Assembly (NCBI RefSeq): GCF_025273655.1
Contig: NZ_CP045921.1
Location: 450,001 to 482,000, forward strand
Direction: 5' to 3'
Source: Candidatus Saccharimonadota bacterium
Lineage (GTDB): Bacteria; Patescibacteriota; Saccharimonadia; Saccharimonadales; Saccharimonadaceae
Length of the DNA stretch: 32,000 bases
Shown: in pieces, positions 1 to 7,723 of the stretch
How the letters are laid out: every line of letters starts with the position of its first letter
Position numbering within the stretch: the stretch's first letter is position 1
The notes under the pieces: model-generated
Seen by the model: only the letters and a program-made list of their open reading frames with translations
Told to the model about the DNA's origin: nothing
Databases searched by the model: none
Translations under genes and position numbers: made by a program

Positions 1-316
1 TCGCAGTAGCTTCGAGGTATAACACGATGAGTGAACTGACGATAGATACGATGATACTGAACCATCCGAGTGCATCCGAGCCATAGGTGTTAGGATAGCC
101 AGCGAGTCCAAGGCTGAGATTTGCGACAGACAGCACACCAAACACCGTGAGGAGGAGAGGCACAAAAGCGAGCAGTGTCAGTACTGAAAGGACGACACCG
201 ATCAGTGTGAGTAGCCATGCATACTCCGCGAGCCATTTGGTCAGACCTTTTGGCAGCTTGGGCAGATCTTTATTGATTTTCACTAACTGCTGTTCGATTG
301 ATGTTACTGTTTCCAT
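1..316 (-). CDS. hypothetical membrane protein (N-terminal part; ORF runs off the left edge)
   Basis: Absent from the ORF track because no stop codon lies in the window. Minus-strand ATG is the complement of 314-316, with GGAGGT (complement of 321-326) 4 nt upstream. Translation METVTSIEQQLVKINKDLPKLPKGLTKWLAEYAWLLTLIGVVLSVLTLLAFVPLLLTVFGVLSVANLSLGLAGYP...WFSIIVSIVSSLIVLYLEATA shows several hydrophobic helices. Confidence 0.55.
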   Translation of the reverse strand, partial: METVTSIEQQLVKINKDLPKLPKGLTKWLAEYAWLLTLIGVVLSVLTLLAFVPLLLTVFGVLSVANLSLGLAGYPNTYGSDALGWFSIIVSIVSSLIVLYLEATA

Positions 317-386
317 AGTCACCTCCACATACTAATGTTGCTCATATGGTACGCCTGTTTCAGCGTGAATTCAAGTAGTATTCGGG

Positions 387-394
387 TGTATACT
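387..394 (+). promoter_or_regulatory. -10 box TGTATACT immediately upstream of msrA (leaderless-type)
   Basis: TGTATACT at 387-394 ends 6 nt before ATG 401. There is no room for a Shine-Dalgarno sequence. Confidence 0.4.
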
Positions 395-400
395 GAATAT

Positions 401-922
401 ATGACAACATACGTACTAGCTGGTGGATGTTTTTGGTGTCTCGATGCAGTGTTCCGCAGGCTCGAGGGCGTGAGCAAGTCCGTCTGTGGCTATGCGGGTG
501 GTAGTAGCGCCACTGCATCATACTATGTAGTGGCAACGGGCAAAACGCATCATGCCGAAAGTGTGCAGGTGACATTTGATGAGTCGATACTACCTGCGGA
601 GGTACTACTCGATCTTTTCTTTTTGATTCATAACCCCACCACACCGAATCAACAAGGTGCGGACCATGGGCCGCAGTATCGTTCGGCTATGTTTTATGCT
701 GATGAAGAACAAAAAGCGGCGTTTGAAGCAGCAATAACGCGTGCTACTCAGCACTGGGATGATGCTATCGTCACCGAGCTTTCTCCTCTCGACCATTTCT
801 ACGAAGCAGAGCCGGAGCATCAAGATTACTTCAACAATAATCCGCAGAACGGCTACTGTTCTGTCGTGATCGAGCCAAAGATCGTGAAGGCGCGTGCGGC
901 GTATAAGCAATATTTCAGGTAA
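401..922 (+). CDS. msrA: peptide-methionine (S)-S-oxide reductase MsrA
   Basis: ORF 335..922; I place the start at the internal ATG 401 (MTTYVLAGGCFWC). It has the GCFWC active-site motif, HAESVQVTFD, and QGADHGPQYRSAMFY, typical of MsrA. Confidence 0.9.
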   Translation: MTTYVLAGGCFWCLDAVFRRLEGVSKSVCGYAGGSSATASYYVVATGKTHHAESVQVTFDESILPAEVLLDLFFLIHNPTTPNQQGADHGPQYRSAMFYADEEQKAAFEAAITRATQHWDDAIVTELSPLDHFYEAEPEHQDYFNNNPQNGYCSVVIEPKIVKARAAYKQYFR

Positions 923-933
923 GACGCTTAGCA

Positions 934-962
934 TTGAATTATATCCTAGTATATGCTATAAA
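934..962 (+). promoter_or_regulatory. sigma70-like promoter (TTGAAT-17-TGcTATAAA)
   Basis: TTGAAT at 934-939, a 17-nt spacer, TG at 954-955 and TATAAA at 957-962. It lies upstream of the 1074 gene, whose SD is AAGGAG. Confidence 0.45.
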
Positions 963-1073
963 CTACGTAGTTTGACTGCCTACATCGGTATGCCAAATCG
1001 ACTCTCTGGGCAACCGTCTGGAAAGTGAACAATTTGGCAGAATCAGAAATCCGCCAACGACAAAGGAGTCTAC

Positions 1074-1961
1074 ATGAACTTCGCTGAGTTTGTAAGAGCA
1101 CAGCGTATCCAGGCTGACCGTGTCGCTGGCGTAGGCGGCACTAGTGATGGGCGCGGCCAGACACTTGCGCAGTGGATTGCACCACTTGCGCTTGGTACGA
1201 TCGAATGGCTCGTCTACATGGCAAGTATCGCGCCGATCATTCGTCCAGAGGACGAACATGGTCGGCGGGCATCTCTAGGCTACTCTGCATCGTGTTTCTG
1301 GGCCATGGCGCGTGCGCGTTCGTGGCTGGGGCGTACGTCTGGCTGGCGGTTACTCGTCGGCTATTCGCAGGGTGCAGAGGCCGCAGGTAACGCGTTCACT
1401 CGGCATGTCTGTCGAGATCACGATATGACTGGTGTGACGCTACTGCTGCTGGCCGATCCGCGAGGTTGGCCTACGGCGCTCAAGCCGTGGATGTCTAGTA
1501 GTCGTGTGGTGCGCAATGTGGTGCGGCGATTTGGCGTGGAGCTCAACGGCTACCGTGATGAGATGAAAGCTCAGGGCGGCCGCATCTACAGCGTGGCTAT
1601 CTTGGGCGATCCAATCACCGCTGTCGAGTCAGTGCTCAAGAATCCGTTCGGGGCTCTCAGCGGCCTTATCGGCTTCTTCAAGATCCACAGCAAAGCGGAT
1701 CACATGGATGAGCTAGCGATACTGTGTGACTACATGTATGGCGACGTACATCGGGTGGTGTTGTACGAGACTCACCCGTTCACGCAGGTCATCCCTCTTT
1801 GTCCGGAGTGGTTTGCGGAGCTTATCGCACCGCGTACCGTACCTGGCGAGGGGCCGGCTACGCTGTTTCGTAGCCGGAAGGAGATTGTGCGACAGCTCGA
1901 GCGTGCCCGTCGGGGTAATGCTCGTCAGGAGCGTGTCGCAGCCTTGCTCGACGCCGCCTGA
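1074..1961 (+). CDS. alpha/beta serine hydrolase, PE-PPE/cutinase-like (GYSQG nucleophile elbow), no signal peptide
   Basis: 295-aa ORF with AAGGAG 7 nt upstream. LLVGYSQGAEAAG is a GxSxG elbow; the later ILGDPIT and KIHSKADH are candidate Asp/His residues. It is paralogous by motif to 2182..3642 and 26572..28650. Confidence 0.7.
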   Translation: MNFAEFVRAQRIQADRVAGVGGTSDGRGQTLAQWIAPLALGTIEWLVYMASIAPIIRPEDEHGRRASLGYSASCFWAMARARSWLGRTSGWRLLVGYSQGAEAAGNAFTRHVCRDHDMTGVTLLLLADPRGWPTALKPWMSSSRVVRNVVRRFGVELNGYRDEMKAQGGRIYSVAILGDPITAVESVLKNPFGALSGLIGFFKIHSKADHMDELAILCDYMYGDVHRVVLYETHPFTQVIPLCPEWFAELIAPRTVPGEGPATLFRSRKEIVRQLERARRGNARQERVAALLDAA

Positions 1962-1974
1962 TTCTGCCTGTCTA

Positions 1975-2014
1975 CCCCGCTCCGACCATGCGTCGGAGCG
2001 GGGCTTCTTCTTTT
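1975..2014 (+). terminator. rho-independent terminator
   Basis: CCCCGCTCCGA (1975-1985) pairs with TCGGAGCGGGG (1993-2003) across a 7-nt loop, followed by CTTCTTCTTTT. Confidence 0.7.
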
Positions 2015-2040
2015 ACGTACGTTTTGACAGAGCATTGATA

Positions 2041-2069
2041 TTGATTTTTCAATGATTTTATGCTATAAT
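2041..2069 (+). promoter_or_regulatory. sigma70-like promoter with extended -10 (TTGATT-17-TGcTATAAT)
   Basis: TTGATT at 2041-2046, a 17-nt spacer, and TGCTATAAT ending at 2069. Confidence 0.6.
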
Positions 2070-2181
2070 GATCAAGATCTGTTTATCTGTGCTTGTCACA
2101 GATAAAACGGGTAGTGACTACCTCCTTGCGGCGACCGCTGCGGGAGTACATGAAGTTTACATCCACAGGAAGGAGCCTCTC

Positions 2182-3642
2182 ATGGCTCGCAAGTTTGTTC
2201 GTAGCACCGTTGTCGCCGGTTGCGTCGTCTGCGCTGGTCTGGCGCCCATCGCTCCGGCTTTGGCGTCGGCACAGGTCGACAACTTGACCGACGTCACGCA
2301 GTCCGACAACACCAAGAACTGGTATCCGGGTCGACCGGACTCCATGGTGATTGGCATACCTGGCACAGATGACACCAACTTCATCGCTCGTAGCCTCGGT
2401 ATCTTCGGGAATCGTGAGGCGTATCGACTCGAATACCCGGAGTCGGCTGGCCCGTTCATCGCGGGGCGGTCAGGAGAATTTTTTCTCCTCGCACCCAGCT
2501 ATGCCGAGTCATCTGCCATCGCGCGTGACAACCTCGTGGAGGCGTTGCGCCAGCTCAACGAGCAGGCGCCAGAGGGTGGTCGGAAATCGATCATCCTCGC
2601 AGGCTACTCCCAAGGTGACAAGGCGCTTTATGATGCTGCGGTGATCGCCATCGAGAAGGGTTACTTGAACGAAGACGATCTGATCGTGTTCGTCTCGTCG
2701 CCTGGCAGCCCCTGGGGACTTGCAACACAGGCGGATCAGTATCCGTTTCTGCCCCAGCTCGCGGGACTCGTTGGGTTCACGACGGGTGTCGATGATCCGA
2801 GCAAGCTCGGTGACGTGCCGTCGGAGGAGCATGTGATTGTCGGAGACTCTGTCGCCGGCTCACTGTTCAATCCGCTCAATCCGGTGGGTTCGGTGGCTGT
2901 CATCCTGGCGGGTCACCTAATTCACTCGTCGCTCACAAGCCAGAGTTACAATAATCTGGACGAGCTCGGCACGCCGACAATCTACAAGTCGGTCGACGGC
3001 AAAATGACGGTGTATGTGTATGAGGATGTACACCATCCCATCACACTCGCTGCCGAATTCGTGCTGAGCAAACTGTCTGGCGGTGCGATTCAGCTCAGCG
3101 GCGAGCAGAAGGATCAGCTCGACGTGTTTAACAACACGTGGGCGCCGATCACTCCGCTTACGGAAGACAACGCCGGAATCGAGCTCGTGAAGGTGCAGCA
3201 GGGTGACCTACCCACCTATCGCACGAGTCCGGTTCCGGCATGGAGCGTGACAGTTCCCTCGGCCGTGGCAACCGGCGCAGAGGCTCCGGCCGACGCGTCG
3301 ACGCTCACTCGGGTCGACGACATGCCTGCGCCTGCCGAGTCGGAAGTCGAGCCTGTCTCGAACCCCGATTCCTCACCCGCTCCGGTGGTTGTGGAGGAGC
3401 CTGTCTCCCCTGCGGCTCAGGAGCCCGTGTACGCGGCGCCCGAACAGCCGGTGGTGGACGATTCGAGCAGCCAGCTCGAATCACCTGCTCCAGCTACTTC
3501 GGACGTCTCATCCCAGGGTGACACGGCCGACGGTGGTTCGGATTCCGGTTCGGACGACTCGTCGTCGGATGCCTCCAGCTCGTCGGATTCGGATAACTCC
3601 GATTCTGGCATGGGCTCCGACTCGGGGAGTTCGTCGGAGTGA
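2182..3642 (+). CDS. secreted serine hydrolase, PE-PPE/cutinase-like, with Pro-rich and Ser/Asp-rich C-terminal tail
   Basis: ORF 2068..3642; I place the start at ATG 2182, with GGAAGGAG 7 nt upstream. It has the signal peptide MARKFVRSTVVAGCVVCAGLAPIAPALASA, then IGIPGT, YPESAGP, ILAGYSQGDKALYDA, VIVGDS and GHLIHSS. The last ~130 aa are low-complexity P/A/E followed by S/D/G. Confidence 0.8.
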   Translation: MARKFVRSTVVAGCVVCAGLAPIAPALASAQVDNLTDVTQSDNTKNWYPGRPDSMVIGIPGTDDTNFIARSLGIFGNREAYRLEYPESAGPFIAGRSGEFFLLAPSYAESSAIARDNLVEALRQLNEQAPEGGRKSIILAGYSQGDKALYDAAVIAIEKGYLNEDDLIVFVSSPGSPWGLATQADQYPFLPQLAGLVGFTTGVDDPSKLGDVPSEEHVIVGDSVAGSLFNPLNPVGSVAVILAGHLIHSSLTSQSYNNLDELGTPTIYKSVDGKMTVYVYEDVHHPITLAAEFVLSKLSGGAIQLSGEQKDQLDVFNNTWAPITPLTEDNAGIELVKVQQGDLPTYRTSPVPAWSVTVPSAVATGAEAPADASTLTRVDDMPAPAESEVEPVSNPDSSPAPVVVEEPVSPAAQEPVYAAPEQPVVDDSSSQLESPAPATSDVSSQGDTADGGSDSGSDDSSSDASSSSDSDNSDSGMGSDSGSSSE

Positions 3643-3666
3643 TCTGCACAACTTCATAGTCACTCG

Positions 3667-3720
3667 GCCTCGGCTGCGTCTACTCACCCAGAGTAGCGCG
3701 GTCGAGGCTGTTTGCATTTT
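3667..3720 (+). terminator. rho-independent terminator (long imperfect hairpin plus T-tract)
   Basis: GCCTCG (3667-3672) pairs with CGAGGC (3703-3708), enclosing the inner stem CTACTC/GAGTAG. TGTTTGCATTTT follows. Confidence 0.55.
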
Positions 3721-3721
3721 A

Positions 3722-3730
3722 TGGTATAAT
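3722..3730 (+). promoter_or_regulatory. extended -10 box TGgTATAAT
   Basis: TGGTATAAT at 3722-3730, about 49 nt upstream of ATG 3779. Confidence 0.5.
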
Positions 3731-3778
3731 ATACATTAGGTTTGTCGATACGCGACAACTCAAGTAGAAAGTGTGAAG

Positions 3779-4294
3779 ATGCTCCTATCCGTAGATGAAG
3801 TGTTCTCGGAGTTCAAGTCTCCTGCCGAGATTGGCGACGGTATGCATACGCTGCAAAATGCGGTTGCTGAACCGCCGATCCTCAATGCGATGACCGATGA
3901 CTCCAGGCGACTGGAGCAGCAGCTACTGGCTGTTGCAAGCAGGACTGATGGTGGTGTCGTATCTCGGATCGAGTGCTTCTACGATTTACCGGAAGGCGCG
4001 CATGGTGCAGTGGTTTATGCCACCGGCTCGCGTGAGCAGGCGGTGATGTACTTGCGCTCAGCGCGTCTCGGGTTCAACGGTTCTGGGCCCCAGCTCATGA
4101 GCGAACTACTGACTGCGTGTGGTGTTCCCGTCATGCTCCAAGAGACGCTCAAGCAAGCTGCGCACGGGCAGCGATATCAGGTCGTGATCTCGCGCGAGCA
4201 GTTCCGGTTCGACACGAAGTCACAGGTCGATCCGAAGGAAGTTGATGTGAGTCCGCGCTCGTGGCGCGTGCTCAGGCTCGACACTCCTCGCTAA
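3779..4294 (+). CDS. hypothetical protein (171 aa)
   Basis: ORF 3773..4294; the ATG at 3779 is preferred over the GTG at 3773. I recognise no family, and there is no signal peptide. Confidence 0.6.
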   Translation: MLLSVDEVFSEFKSPAEIGDGMHTLQNAVAEPPILNAMTDDSRRLEQQLLAVASRTDGGVVSRIECFYDLPEGAHGAVVYATGSREQAVMYLRSARLGFNGSGPQLMSELLTACGVPVMLQETLKQAAHGQRYQVVISREQFRFDTKSQVDPKEVDVSPRSWRVLRLDTPR

Positions 4295-4539
4295 CACAGG
4301 AGTTGCAATCGACGAACCGCCCCGTAGTCTACATGGCTGCGGGGGTTTGTTCGTTTGCTCGTAAGATACCATCCGCCATCAATATCTTTGTATACGTATA
4401 GTTGCAAATCTGGTTTGAGCAACCTTTGTTCTATAGTGGCAGCCTCTGCCTGTCGTTTGGTCGCGAAGCGTTTCTTGCGCGCAGGAAGGCCATTATAGTC
4501 ATAAACGGAGTGAGATTTTGTACGATTTTTGCGTGGCAT
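4291..4539 (-). CDS. small basic hypothetical protein (82 aa)
   Basis: The ORF begins MPRKNRTKSHSVYDYNGLPARKKRFATKRQAEAA... and contains ...LYVYKDIDGGWYLTS. The basic N-terminus looks protein-like. The C-terminal 20 codons run through the hairpin at 4320-4344, and the stop overlaps the stop of the convergent gene by 4 nt. Confidence 0.4.
   Translation of the reverse strand: MPRKNRTKSHSVYDYNGLPARKKRFATKRQAEAATIEQRLLKPDLQLYVYKDIDGGWYLTSKRTNPRSHVDYGAVRRLQLLC
4320..4357 (+). terminator. terminator-like hairpin for the 3779..4294 gene
   Basis: CCCCGTAG (4320-4327) pairs with CTGCGGGG (4337-4344) with one G-U pair and a 9-nt loop, followed by GTTTGTTCGTTTG. Confidence 0.45.
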
Positions 4540-4609
4540 GGATATGCCTATTGTGCACTACTATGGTTTTTTGTACAATCAGCATATACAGCATAAGAGG
4601 AATGATAAA

Positions 4610-6406
4610 GTGGCTCGACTACCGATTGCGGGCAGTGACAGCGGAGTATGGGGTGACATACTTAATGGGTACTTGCTTCAGGCCCATAAACAAGATGGCA
4701 CGCTCAAAGATGGCTCTGTAGGTGAGACACAACTCGCCGAACCTGTACAGACTAAACTGAATAATCCACCAAATGCACTTCTCCTAAGTGGCGACCAAAC
4801 GGTTGACGGTGACAAGACATTTCAAGATGTTGTACGAGCAAAAGTATTTGTGCTCGATAATACAGTTGATTCCACCATGAATTCACGTCTTATATTGGGA
4901 GGTGGTCCATATCCGGGTATAGCTATAGATGGTGGGCCTGGTACCCAGCCTAGCGTACAGTTCGCAAGCGATCCAAGTGTAGGCAGTATGGTACTGAGAT
5001 ATGTTGGACCAACTGGCGGCTCTTTTTCTGTCTTTTCCTCGTTTACCGCTACTACAAGTGCGTTTTCTATCGACCAAAACGAACTAGCGACATTTTCTGG
5101 CGCAGTCACTGCTCCAGCACTCAAACTTACAGGCGGATCGCCTGCAGCTGGAAAAATTCTTACATCTGACTCAGCTGGCAACGCCACCTGGCAGCCTCCA
5201 TTGGCACAGCAAGCTACAGCAACACTGGGTAGTTTGTTTGATCCTATCATTGGGACTTTTCCGGTCTCTGAAATTGTGCAGGATAGTTACGATAACGATA
5301 ATCTCGACACGAGTAATTATGGTGGTATCACTGGCACACTCTGGAATTCAAATCGCATTAACACCCAAGCGATGAAACTAGTCGCCAACAACTCCACTAA
5401 TCCTGCCGCGGGCTGTACGAACATGCCAAACGGTCGTACGGTGGGATCATGTTTCGATTTTGAGTTTGAGTTTACAGGAGACAAGCTGGCACTGATGTTT
5501 GCGGCATTCGGATATTTCGACACCCAGATATATGTGGAGAACCAGGGTCAAATGACAAGACTCAAGGCCTTCCCTATGGCGGGGAATCATAATGGTATTG
5601 TATTTCGCAATATCCGTTTCGCGTCGTATGAGACTCGGCGCATCCGCGTGCTCGCGCCGTACATTTATTTCTATCAGATCGTACATGAGCCAAATGCTAT
5701 AGTGAATCGTACTCCAGATCGACCAATGATTGCTATTACGGGCGACTCGTATGTCGATGGCTCGACTGCATATAATTCTGGTAGCGCACAAACATATTCG
5801 GTCGGCGGTACTGTAGATGCAATCTTAGAGGCGACAGGGTTTGCCGTGATTCGACTAGGCCAGGGAGGTACAGGGTATTTCAACAATGCTACCGGTAATG
5901 CGTCCGATGCGATGGGGCCGAATAACTCCTCACGTTTCTTCTCGGCCAGCCGTCTAGCTGCTATTCAAGCATTCGGTACGGGTAAAATTGCTGCACTGAT
6001 TGTCAATGGCACGATCAACGATGGCGAGCTCTCTGGTGGTATGGCTGGTATGAAAGCTCGAGCACTCGAGGGCTACGGTGCATTGAATGCATGGGATCCT
6101 GCAATTTCAATCGTCGCGGTTACACCGGAACCTCTCAACAACCCAACTGCGGGCAACGTACATGATCTTAATCGTCAGGGGCTCATACAGGCTATTAGTA
6201 GCCACCCGCAAGGCATCGGTTATATCGATGTATACAACCCAGATCAACCCCTTTGGACTGGTACTGGCACCGAGGCTGCACAAGGCGCTGATCCACAGAC
6301 GAAGCTAATAGGTCATGATGGTGTACATCCAAACTGGGCTGGCTATCGCCTGTATGGGGGTCATATTGCGGCAAATATTGCACACATGAAACTTTATAGT
6401 GAATAA
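4610..6406 (+). CDS. tail-fibre-like N-terminal region fused to a C-terminal SGNH/GDSL hydrolase domain
   Basis: ORF 4529..6406; I place the start at GTG 4610, with AAGAGG 9 nt upstream. The N-terminus reads ARLPIAGSDSGVWGDILNGYLLQAHKQDGTLKDGS. C-terminal SGNH blocks are ITGDSYVDGS (I), GQGGTGY (II), GTINDG (III) and DGVHPN (V). Confidence 0.8.
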   Translation: MARLPIAGSDSGVWGDILNGYLLQAHKQDGTLKDGSVGETQLAEPVQTKLNNPPNALLLSGDQTVDGDKTFQDVVRAKVFVLDNTVDSTMNSRLILGGGPYPGIAIDGGPGTQPSVQFASDPSVGSMVLRYVGPTGGSFSVFSSFTATTSAFSIDQNELATFSGAVTAPALKLTGGSPAAGKILTSDSAGNATWQPPLAQQATATLGSLFDPIIGTFPVSEIVQDSYDNDNLDTSNYGGITGTLWNSNRINTQAMKLVANNSTNPAAGCTNMPNGRTVGSCFDFEFEFTGDKLALMFAAFGYFDTQIYVENQGQMTRLKAFPMAGNHNGIVFRNIRFASYETRRIRVLAPYIYFYQIVHEPNAIVNRTPDRPMIAITGDSYVDGSTAYNSGSAQTYSVGGTVDAILEATGFAVIRLGQGGTGYFNNATGNASDAMGPNNSSRFFSASRLAAIQAFGTGKIAALIVNGTINDGELSGGMAGMKARALEGYGALNAWDPAISIVAVTPEPLNNPTAGNVHDLNRQGLIQAISSHPQGIGYIDVYNPDQPLWTGTGTEAAQGADPQTKLIGHDGVHPNWAGYRLYGGHIAANIAHMKLYSE

Positions 6407-6418
6407 ATGGAGAAGACT

Positions 6419-6550
6419 ATGACAGTAAAACTTGACCCAAAAATACAAGAAGCAAATGATAGGCTGATAAAGGCGCAGGCTGATTTACGTCAAAAGATGC
6501 AAAATCTCCAGATAAAAGTCGAGCCAATCGGAGCGATTATTACGAAATAG
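6419..6550 (+). CDS. possible small ORF (43 aa, helical/coiled-coil-like)
   Basis: Below the track threshold. ATG at 6419 with GGAGA 6 nt upstream. Translation: MTVKLDPKIQEANDRLIKAQADLRQKMQNLQIKVEPIGAIITK. Confidence 0.3.
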   Translation: MTVKLDPKIQEANDRLIKAQADLRQKMQNLQIKVEPIGAIITK

Positions 6551-6594
6551 TGGCTGTTGTGGCGCTGATGCTTTTCTGCTATGCTATAGCATAG

Positions 6595-6861
6595 ATGAGC
6601 ACCTCATCAGACAAATCGGGTGATTCACCAACACCGCCGCCGAAGAATGCAGATGCCTCGACGGTTATTTTATTGCTCGGCATCGCTGGTGATACCACCT
6701 GGCGCATGTTTGTGCCGGTTATCGGTGGTACGGCGCTTGGTATCTGGGGTGACCACAGTTTCGACAGCAAGCCATGGCTGACTGTCATAGGTCTCGCCGT
6801 CGGAGTTGTCGTGGCTGGTTTGCTCGTCCGTAATCAACTTAGAAAAGACGTATCTAAATAA
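6595..6861 (+). CDS. atpI: AtpZ/AtpI-family small membrane protein (ATP synthase protein I)
   Basis: 88 aa with two hydrophobic helices (TVILLLGIAGDTTWRMFVPVIGGTALGIWGD, PWLTVIGLAVGVVVAGLLV). It sits first in the atp operon, and its stop overlaps the atpB ATG (TAATG). Confidence 0.75.
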   Translation: MSTSSDKSGDSPTPPPKNADASTVILLLGIAGDTTWRMFVPVIGGTALGIWGDHSFDSKPWLTVIGLAVGVVVAGLLVRNQLRKDVSK

Positions 6862-7679
6862 TGCAAGATTTACATATCAGTATCGCTGCCGAGCCGATTT
6901 TCTACATCGGCAGCTTCCCTGTCACCAACGCCCTTGTCAACGGTATTGTCGGCAGCGCTATCGTCGTGCTCATACTCTGGTACGTGGCGGGCAAAGTCCG
7001 CAAGGGACAGTACAATCGTTTCACCGGGCTCGTGCAGTGGGTGTTCGAGGGCCTGTTGGCGCAGATCGACGCGGTCATCCCAGACAAGAAGCTGGCACGC
7101 AAAATCACACCGCTCGCATGTACTATCTTCTTTGTCGTCCTTATCAATTACTGGCTCAGCGTATTACCGGGTCTAGAATCGATCAAAGTCAACGGCGTAC
7201 CACTTTTGCGTAGTCTCACGGCCGATCTCAACTTCACCCTGGCTCTGGCAATCATCACTATTATTACTGTGCAGATTTACGCCGTCAAATATCTCGGTGT
7301 GTTTGGCAATGGCGCTCGCTATTTTCGCAATCCTTTCAAAGATTTCGTGGGTGCGTTTGAAGGTATTCTGGAACTTATCGGCGAGTTGTCGCGCGGTACA
7401 GCGCTTGCGCTTCGACTTTTTGGCAACGCGTTTGCGGGCGAAGTGTTGCTTATCGTCATCGCGGCACTTACTAGCTATGCAGCTAGCGTGACGCTCCCCT
7501 TCTTCATGGCATTCGAGCTGTTCATCGGATTCATCCAGGCGTATGTGTTCTTTATCCTCACGCTCATCTTCACTTCACTGGCGGTTAGTCACGAACATTC
7601 AGATGGCCACTCCACCAATACCACTTCTCTTGATCATTCATCTGCTGATACGTCCAAAACGGCTGCACAGCTGGAATGA
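6861..7679 (+). CDS. atpB: F0F1 ATP synthase subunit a
   Basis: Polytopic membrane protein with the hallmark ALRLFGNAFAGE (essential Arg) and operon context. Confidence 0.95.
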   Translation: MQDLHISIAAEPIFYIGSFPVTNALVNGIVGSAIVVLILWYVAGKVRKGQYNRFTGLVQWVFEGLLAQIDAVIPDKKLARKITPLACTIFFVVLINYWLSVLPGLESIKVNGVPLLRSLTADLNFTLALAIITIITVQIYAVKYLGVFGNGARYFRNPFKDFVGAFEGILELIGELSRGTALALRLFGNAFAGEVLLIVIAALTSYAASVTLPFFMAFELFIGFIQAYVFFILTLIFTSLAVSHEHSDGHSTNTTSLDHSSADTSKTAAQLE

Positions 7680-7682
7680 CAA

Positions 7683-7691
7683 TGGTATAAT
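7683..7691 (+). promoter_or_regulatory. internal promoter-like extended -10 (TGgTATAAT) between atpB and atpE
   Basis: TGGTATAAT at 7683-7691, followed by AAGGAG and ATG 7724. Confidence 0.3.
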
Positions 7692-7723
7692 TTAGGTAAT
7701 AATTAAAAGGAGTTACAACTAAT

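Noticed and set aside
2068-2181. Upstream extensions of ORFs offered by the track: 2068 for the secreted hydrolase, 4529 for the SGNH fusion, 335 for msrA and 24198 for the 162-aa gene.
   Set aside because: The extensions overlap promoter -10 boxes or lack an SD. The internal starts have good SDs or the recurrent leaderless spacing, and they yield sensible N-termini such as the signal peptide and the GCFWC motif.
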